DNA of 64,000 nt from Candidatus Bathyarchaeota archaeon (GTDB lineage: Archaea > Thermoproteota > Bathyarchaeia > 40CM-2-53-6), in contig CAVSBL010000002.1 in NCBI GenBank assembly GCA_963726255.1, positions 1,152,001 to 1,216,000 of the forward strand, read 5' to 3'. The first letter of the stretch is position 1. The number at the start of each line of letters is the position of its first letter. The notes beneath the pieces are model-generated. The model saw nothing but the letters and a program-made list of their open reading frames with translations, searched no databases and had not been told where the DNA came from. Shown one piece after another: positions 57,819-64,000 of this stretch. Position numbers and translations under genes: made by a program.

Positions 57819-58388
57819 ATACCGACGCAAACTGGAGATTCGCTGGACAAAATCACACGCGAGGTCTTAGCCTGTAGGAAATGCCGCCTTTGCGAGACAA
57901 GGAAGAATGCAGTCCCAGGTGAGGGCTCGACAACAGCCAAGGTAATGTTTGTCGGGGAAGCTCCGGGAGAGCAAGAGGACATTCAGGGTCGCCCGTTTGT
58001 GGGCTCTGCTGGAAAACTTCTGACCGAACTTCTCGCGTCGGTGAATTTGCGGCGAGAGGACGTCTACATCACCAATATTGCAAAGTGTAGGCCGCCCAAC
58101 AACAGGCCACCCAGAAAGGATGAAGCGGGAGCTTGCAGACCTTACCTCGACCGGCAGATCGCTTTACTTCAAGCCAAAGTCATTTGCCCAATGGGCAATT
58201 CAGCCATACATGCGCTGATGGATTCAGATGGCTCTGTCACGGAGCTTCACGGTATCCCCTTCGAGGTTGGGGCGATAACCTACTTTCCAATGTACCACCC
58301 CGCCGCCGCACTATACACCTTCAGCCTCAGGAACGTAATGCAGGAAGATTTCAAGAAGTTACGGGCGCTTCTCGACTCTGTGGCCTAG
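57819..58388 (+). CDS. udg: Family-4 uracil-DNA glycosylase
   Basis: In-frame CRKCRLC..R.NAVPGEG upstream of VGEAPG, PFVG.AG, KCRPP.NR, HPAA; non-canonical start (ATA 57819 or CTG 57843). Confidence 0.9.
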   Translation: MPTQTGDSLDKITREVLACRKCRLCETRKNAVPGEGSTTAKVMFVGEAPGEQEDIQGRPFVGSAGKLLTELLASVNLRREDVYITNIAKCRPPNNRPPRKDEAGACRPYLDRQIALLQAKVICPMGNSAIHALMDSDGSVTELHGIPFEVGAITYFPMYHPAAALYTFSLRNVMQEDFKKLRALLDSVA

Positions 58389-59362
58389 TCTTCTTCGAAG
58401 ACCGGCTTATTCCCTAGTACCTTGTCGATTCGCTCCATAGCTTCCGGGCTCAGCTTTGAAGCAACTTCTGGCGCCTTCATATTCTCCTCCACCTGCTCCG
58501 GCCGCGTTGCCCCCGTAATCACGGTGCTCACGAACGGGTTCTTGAGGCACCACGCCAACGCCAACTGCGCCATCGTGCAGCCCAGTTCAGTTGCGAATGG
58601 TTGGAGCTGTTTCACCTTGTCAATGTTCTGCGGCGTGAGAATGAATTCCTTCAGCCACTCGTAGCCCTGAAGCGAAGCCCGCGTTCCCGCAGGAATACCC
58701 TTGTTATACTTGCCCGTCAGCAACCCCGACAGTAAGGGGCTCCAAATCGTCGTCCCCAAACCGATTTCACGGTACAGGGGCAGGTACTCCTTCTCCACCC
58801 GGTCCCGGTGCAACATGTTGTATTGTGGCTGCTCCATTTGCGGCGGAGTCAAGTGGATTTCACGGGCGATGCCGTACGCCCGCATGATATCAGCCGCAGT
58901 CCACTCCGAAGTCCCCCAGTACAAAATCAAACCCTGATGGACCAAGTCGTCCATAGCGCGTACTGTCTCCTCAATCGGAGTACTCGGGTCGGGGCGGTGG
59001 CAGAAGAACAAGTCCAGGTAATCGAGCTGCAAGTGTTTCAGGGACCTGCGACAAGCTTCGTAAATGTGCTTCCGGGACAGGCCTCTGTCGTTTGGGCCTT
59101 GTCCACCCCAGAAGACCTTACTGGATACGATGTAACTCTCACGCGGCCACCCCATCTTTTTCAGAACATTACCCATAACTTTCTCCGCATTTCCAGCGGC
59201 GTAGGCTTCCGCATTATCGAAGAAATTCACGCCAGCATCATAGGCCGCTGACATGCACTTGAGCGCGGCGTCCTCGCCAACTTGACCGCCGTACGTGACC
59301 CAGGCCCCTAGCGAGAGCTCGCTAACCTTCAACCCAGCGCTACCAAGACGCCTGTAATTCAT
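58385..59362 (-). CDS. Aldo/keto reductase (Kv-beta-like)
   Basis: MNYRRLG.AGLKVS, FDNAEAY, GLSRKHI, HRPD, WGTSEW. Confidence 0.93.
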   Translation of the reverse strand: MNYRRLGSAGLKVSELSLGAWVTYGGQVGEDAALKCMSAAYDAGVNFFDNAEAYAAGNAEKVMGNVLKKMGWPRESYIVSSKVFWGGQGPNDRGLSRKHIYEACRRSLKHLQLDYLDLFFCHRPDPSTPIEETVRAMDDLVHQGLILYWGTSEWTAADIMRAYGIAREIHLTPPQMEQPQYNMLHRDRVEKEYLPLYREIGLGTTIWSPLLSGLLTGKYNKGIPAGTRASLQGYEWLKEFILTPQNIDKVKQLQPFATELGCTMAQLALAWCLKNPFVSTVITGATRPEQVEENMKAPEVASKLSPEAMERIDKVLGNKPVFEED

Positions 59363-59444
59363 TGGTACATCACACTCCCCCAATTAGGGCCGCCATATTA
59401 ACGCGGTGCCAACTCGAGGCCCGAAACGAGCTTAGTAATCGGAA

Positions 59445-59987
59445 TCATTTGTCTGCGGCAATGGCCCTAGAGAAATCTCCAACCTTCGGGCTGAAGTAAA
59501 GGTCGAACACAAAGTTCACGGTCGATAGGACGAGGAGAAATACGGCGAGCACCGTTGGCAAATCTCGAAAGGAAGTGACAGCAACGAGGAATGGGAGTAT
59601 CATTGATGCTATGGCTCCTGAGCCAAACATCGCAAAGCGTCCCCCGCGGCGGACTGACCCAAGTGATTCTCGTTCAACATTCAACCTCAAGACAGGTATC
59701 CTTGAGGCCGCCATGCCTAGGAATGGAATCTTTAGTTTGTATGCGGCAGACCTTCCAAGCGAGTAATAGCGAAACCTCACGCCAACCAACCTCCCTACCA
59801 CGTAGTGTACAAGACTGTGGGGGAAGAATTCCATGCAACCCCAGGCCAGCAGGTACAGGGCAAATTTCAGTGGAAGGGCAGCAACTTCAGGAGCGATCAG
59901 AATCAGGTACATAGCGAAGAGTATGCCAGCTACCTCAACTAGGTTACCAACCGCTGTGGGAATCCTTGTTTTGGCTAAAGTAGACAC
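59445..59987 (-). CDS. Membrane protein with M50-peptidase-like HxxxH motif
   Basis: PHSLVHY.VG...G, G and SPKVGD in TM context. Confidence 0.55.
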   Translation of the reverse strand: MSTLAKTRIPTAVGNLVEVAGILFAMYLILIAPEVAALPLKFALYLLAWGCMEFFPHSLVHYVVGRLVGVRFRYYSLGRSAAYKLKIPFLGMAASRIPVLRLNVERESLGSVRRGGRFAMFGSGAIASMILPFLVAVTSFRDLPTVLAVFLLVLSTVNFVFDLYFSPKVGDFSRAIAADK

Positions 59988-60009
59988 CGAGTAATGGCCG
60001 GCCCCCGGC

Positions 60010-60165
60010 TCACCATCTCTTGTAGTACTTGCTGCGGTTCCCGCAACGCGAGCAAGTCGCGTCTCGGTATTGTTTGCCGACCATCTGTTTTTTCCTTTCC
60101 CAGCTCAGATTATGCTTTGTTTCAGCCCGGCACTTTGAACAGTACAGGTTGACCCATTCCACCAA
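60010..60165 (-). CDS. 51-aa basic zinc-ribbon protein (L44e/L33-like motif)
   Basis: MVEWVNLYCSKCRAETKH...ATCSRCGNRSKYYKRW; GAGG SD upstream; not in the ORF track. Confidence 0.75.
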   Translation of the reverse strand: MVEWVNLYCSKCRAETKHNLSWERKKQMVGKQYRDATCSRCGNRSKYYKRW

Positions 60166-60272
60166 GCCCAGACCTCTCTCCGCATTGTGCAGGTTTGTTT
60201 AGTTATTTTAGTTCGCACACATGGGCACCCGGGATTTGGAATTCTGGCGTCAGCATTAGCAAGTTGTTGTGT

Positions 60273-61640
60273 TCATTCTCCAGCGACCGTCATGTCCTTG
60301 ACTTGAGTGGTCGGCGCATACACCGGTCCTACGTTGTGAAGGTCATCTGCGCGGAGGTCCATCTTGCCCTTGAGCATATCAAAGAAGTTCGAGGTGAGTA
60401 TCACGCCCTTGACTGCTCTTGTAAGCTCCCCGTTCTCGATTAGGAAACCGCTGGTGAGTGTGGCGCTGAGCTCTCCGCTAATAGGGTTTGAAAGCCACTC
60501 TCCTATGGTTTCCACAACGTACAGGCCATTCCTAGTTTCCTTGATGACTTCGCCGGGGCTGGCGTCTCCAGGTTCGACCACGAGGTTGTTCGGGTAGGGT
60601 GCCGGGGTTTTCATGTAGTTCGGTGATGAGCTGAAGAGCCCTATGTCCCGGTGGGCATTTCCCGTAGAAAGACGGTTCTCTTTACTCGCCGTATAGTTAT
60701 CATACAGGAAGCCTCGCAGAATCCCCTTCTCGATAACCGTAGTTCGTCTCTGCGGGATTCCGTCGTCGTCAAATGGCCTCGTCCCGTTACCAGCGTCCAT
60801 TTTACCATCGTCGACAATTGTTACCCCTTCGCTAGCTACCGGTTGGCCAACCTTCCCGACCCACGGCGACCGCTTTTTCTGAATAGCGTCGGCTGTGATT
60901 GTACGGGTTAGCATAGCGTCGACAACCCCTGCGAATGCATCGTTCCGCCAAACAGTGTTCAGCTTTCCATTGGGAACTTGGGTCGCGTTCACCATTTTGA
61001 GTGCCCTCTCGGCTACTGTTCGAGCCACCCGCTTCGTCTCAAGTCCGTTCCATAGTCGTGATACGCTGATTTCGTTGCTAACTCCTTTCTTGTCCGCTGT
61101 CCCGGCCTTTACCGCGAGCGACAGTGCGGCGATTGTTTCCTTTCTTTCCAGTTTGCAACCATGAGAATTTGCGATAGCGTTCGACATTACGCTGGTTAAG
61201 AGAAAACCTCTCGTAATATCCACGGAAGCTACGCTATGTACAGTATCGATCGCAAGCCGCACTTCGTCGACAAGGCCCTTCGCTGTGACATGCTCAACGT
61301 TCTTGTCCATGGTTTTCCGAACGCTAGTTTTTCCATATTTCCGTGGCAGCGATTTCCATTCGGTGTCTTCGCTACTCGCTCTGGCGATTCGGAGGGATTC
61401 TTCGACCGCCTTCTCAATGTCCGAGCGTTCGAGGGAGGATGTGGAGAAAAACCCAATTCGCCTGTCGATAATGCCTCTAACGCTGAGCCCGGCGGCTGTA
61501 CTGGTTTTTGTTGCTTCGATCGTGTTGCGGAAGATGAGGTCGCGTCTTGCAATCCTAGTTGCGAATGCTTCTGCTTCGTTGAAGCCTTTTTTCAGTGCGA
61601 GCCTTACGGCGGTCTCGGCGGCTGAGAGAATTTCGGTCAA
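60273..61640 (-). CDS. pmbA: TldE/PmbA family protein
   Basis: EAEAF, FDDDG.P, STGNA, NPISG; TTG start overlaps the tldD stop. Confidence 0.9.
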   Translation of the reverse strand: MTEILSAAETAVRLALKKGFNEAEAFATRIARRDLIFRNTIEATKTSTAAGLSVRGIIDRRIGFFSTSSLERSDIEKAVEESLRIARASSEDTEWKSLPRKYGKTSVRKTMDKNVEHVTAKGLVDEVRLAIDTVHSVASVDITRGFLLTSVMSNAIANSHGCKLERKETIAALSLAVKAGTADKKGVSNEISVSRLWNGLETKRVARTVAERALKMVNATQVPNGKLNTVWRNDAFAGVVDAMLTRTITADAIQKKRSPWVGKVGQPVASEGVTIVDDGKMDAGNGTRPFDDDGIPQRRTTVIEKGILRGFLYDNYTASKENRLSTGNAHRDIGLFSSSPNYMKTPAPYPNNLVVEPGDASPGEVIKETRNGLYVVETIGEWLSNPISGELSATLTSGFLIENGELTRAVKGVILTSNFFDMLKGKMDLRADDLHNVGPVYAPTTQVKDMTVAGE

Positions 61641-63037
61641 TCCGTCCTTCCGCCTATGGTGATCTTCCCGAGGCGTACGTGTGGGCCGCCATCTCCAACC
61701 TTGGCCATCTGTCCGTCCTTTCCGCACCCGCCAAACACGCTGGTTGAAATGGAAAAGTCCTTGCCGACTGCATCGATGGTTTTCAGCGTCTCCAGGACTT
61801 TACCTGCGAAGTTCACACCTCGAACCATGTGCTTCAACTCCCCTCTCTCGACTAGGTATGATGGGCCGGCTCGGAACGTGAAAGTCCCTCCCCCAACGTC
61901 AACTTGCCCGCCGAGGCTGCCTCTCCCTCGGATGTAAAACCCGTAGTCGATACCTTTGATGAGTTCGTCGAAGGGAAGCTCACCGGGTTGCATGTACACG
62001 TTTGTCATGCGTACTATGGGTTTATGCTCGAAATTCTGGGCTCTTGCGTTTCCTGTTGGTTCAAGCCCTAGTTCGGTTGCTGTATCCCTCGAAAGAAGGA
62101 ACCCTTGCAGCTTGCCTTTCTCAACGATAGTTGTTTTGCCCTTCGGGACGCCCTCATCATCGAATGGAACTAAATACCCGCCTGCGATTGCACCGTCATC
62201 ATACACGGTAACGGTTTCGTTTGCAATTGAGGAGCCAAGCCTTCCTTCTAGGACCGATTCCTTGGTGGTAACGAGGTCTCCCTCGGACGCATGCCCCAAA
62301 GCTTCGTGAAGAAAGAGGCCTATGAGCTCAGGGTCAAGTACAGCGGGGTAGGTTCCAGGCGGAGGCATAGGTGCAACAACAACCTTGGAAGCAAGTTGTG
62401 AAAGTTCGGCGGCGAAAGTATTCCAATCGCCGCCATCAATGAACTCGTAACCCGAACATTGGGACCGCTGCTCTGGCACGCGCTCCATAGAACCGTTTGC
62501 AGCCGCGACGCTCAGCTGGCTAAACCCGGAAGTTGTGACATCGGTTCTTACCTTTGTACCCTCAGACGAGACGAACATTCTAACGTCACGTAAGAAGCCT
62601 AGTCGCGAAGATGAGTTCTTGATGCCGCTTCCTGTGAGACCTGCTTTGTTAGCCTCCAAGAGAAGCTTGATCTTCACATCTGGTGGGACATCGTCAGGGT
62701 TGGTTCTTACAGGAATCTTCACGGTTGATTTTACGGGCTTGACTTTTGCGAGTTGTATGGGAGTGGACAGTTTCTTGGTGGCTTTCGCCATTCTGACGGC
62801 TTCCACAGCGATCTGCCGCAAATGTGTCTTGTCGAGAGCAGTTGACGATGCGAGTCCCCAAGAGCCGCCTGCCAGAACCCTGATTCCCATCCCAGTCGAG
62901 CGGTCCGATTCGTAGCTTCGTAGAGAACCATTTTCACAGATGATGAGTGTCTGCCGCAGGTCTTGAAAGCGTGCGTCTGCATATTGGGCTCCCGAGGTAC
63001 GTGCTCGGTTGAGTGTGAACTCCAAAAGGTCATCCAT
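61637..63037 (-). CDS. tldD: TldD family metalloprotease
   Basis: HEALGHASEGD, FDDEG, GNARA, RMTN, GGCGKDGQ. Confidence 0.94.
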   Translation of the reverse strand: MDDLLEFTLNRARTSGAQYADARFQDLRQTLIICENGSLRSYESDRSTGMGIRVLAGGSWGLASSTALDKTHLRQIAVEAVRMAKATKKLSTPIQLAKVKPVKSTVKIPVRTNPDDVPPDVKIKLLLEANKAGLTGSGIKNSSSRLGFLRDVRMFVSSEGTKVRTDVTTSGFSQLSVAAANGSMERVPEQRSQCSGYEFIDGGDWNTFAAELSQLASKVVVAPMPPPGTYPAVLDPELIGLFLHEALGHASEGDLVTTKESVLEGRLGSSIANETVTVYDDGAIAGGYLVPFDDEGVPKGKTTIVEKGKLQGFLLSRDTATELGLEPTGNARAQNFEHKPIVRMTNVYMQPGELPFDELIKGIDYGFYIRGRGSLGGQVDVGGGTFTFRAGPSYLVERGELKHMVRGVNFAGKVLETLKTIDAVGKDFSISTSVFGGCGKDGQMAKVGDGGPHVRLGKITIGGRTD

Positions 63038-63112
63038 GACGGGCGCCTTCCGATTTGAAGCGGTTAACGCCCTAGGACGACAATATATACCCTTGTCAAG
63101 AAAACGGTGCGG

Positions 63113-63979
63113 TCATTTTCTTTCCCGCAGGTTCCAAATCCCGAATTCGCCAATCGTTTCGGCGGTTTCAACGGGGTTGTACCATTTCCTCTTGGCACCA
63201 ACGATTGCACGCATCTTCCAGCCCGTGCTTTTCGGCTCATCCTCTATAACTTGAAGGAGTTGGTCTGCCTTCGAGTTCAGGTCCTTTTTCTCCTCGTCAC
63301 TGAGATTTTGAGCGCTTCCGACGTACTGACGCAGGCCACTCAGGTTTGTCGTTGCTGTGTACCAAAAACCCCAATCTGAAGCGAGTTTCGCTGCGATGAA
63401 CTTGGCGTTTATCTTATTCTTTTCCTCTCCCTCTGAAATCTCATGTGCCCGAAGGAGCAAGAGCAGATCTTTGACGTCCTTCTCGTCGGGGAATACTATC
63501 TGCAGCTTTTCGAATAACAAATCCGCGGGCGATATGGTCGGCGAATCTAACTCCAATCGTCCCCTGAAGTCCAAGGGGTGGTTGGCCGCGAGCAACTTGT
63601 CGTAGAATACGTCAACGTAAAACCAACCTTTTGGATGAAAGAAGATATGCCGCTGAGTGGCGGCCATCGACATCGTGACCGGCCTTTTCTCGTAACCCAT
63701 CTCGTCAAAGAATTCCTTCATCTTGTGCTTTCGGAATTTCATGTACGTCATAAAGTCCAGGTCGGTGTACTCCTGCTGGCCTTCTCCTAGTCGCATGAGT
63801 TTCTGTGCAAAATCCAGGAACTCAAGACAGTGGACACGAATCGCCACACCTCCAAGAAGTCGGAGCGGTATCTCTTGTTTCGCAGCTTCGTCAACTAGTC
63901 GCTTGCCTTCGTCGATGAAGACTTGGGTCGGAATAATGCCGCCCCATTCTGGGGGCATCTCGATCTTGTGATCTTCCAA
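63113..63979 (-). CDS. Nucleotidyltransferase-fold hypothetical protein
   Basis: LRLLGGVAI...YTDLDF, VDVF, LL.EKLQI, KD..D. Confidence 0.65.
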   Translation of the reverse strand: MEDHKIEMPPEWGGIIPTQVFIDEGKRLVDEAAKQEIPLRLLGGVAIRVHCLEFLDFAQKLMRLGEGQQEYTDLDFMTYMKFRKHKMKEFFDEMGYEKRPVTMSMAATQRHIFFHPKGWFYVDVFYDKLLAANHPLDFRGRLELDSPTISPADLLFEKLQIVFPDEKDVKDLLLLLRAHEISEGEEKNKINAKFIAAKLASDWGFWYTATTNLSGLRQYVGSAQNLSDEEKKDLNSKADQLLQVIEDEPKSTGWKMRAIVGAKRKWYNPVETAETIGEFGIWNLRERK

Positions 63980-64000
63980 AATGTGGTCCCTGCATTGTTC

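Noticed and set aside
57548-57982. 144-aa ORF as listed in the track
   Set aside because: Only the last 54 codons are L40e; the rest is antisense to the UDG N-terminus
126-63971. Numerous antisense or shadow ORFs within well-supported genes
   Set aside because: Explained as reverse-frame by-products of coding sequence

Overview
Archaeal chromosomal window; gene content and heavy TTG start usage suggest a TACK-lineage, Bathyarchaeia-like genome (taxonomy is inference). Housekeeping genes include aIF-2beta, metG, gcvPA/PB, PINA, Hsp20, rtcB, sucCD, aspS, rpl40e, UDG and tldD/pmbA. Accessory blocks are a small AT-rich islet with a transposase remnant (~16.0-18.3 kb), a trehalose/osmostress cluster (~32.4-40.2 kb) and a metal/oxygen-stress cluster (~40.9-52.6 kb: cupredoxin, ZIP, Ni/Co ECF plus NikR, CydAA'-type cytochrome bd, NRAMP, DPSL). 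The most notable observations are: a ribophorin I (Ost1)-like membrane protein next to a sugar-acetyltransferase-like gene; a full LAGLIDADG intein in the DxPPG/T motif of an Mrp/NBP35 ATPase; a ~150-nt strongly base-paired intergenic element upstream of aspS; a repeated TTAG-N6-CTAA candidate operator across the osmostress cluster; a dispersed ~43-bp palindromic repeat at two disruption points; two genes that appear to need non-canonical start codons; a frameshifted Met/His-rich membrane gene; and small ORFs missed by the track. All product calls are from motif recognition by eye; no database searches were run. No rRNA, intact tRNA or CRISPR array was seen.
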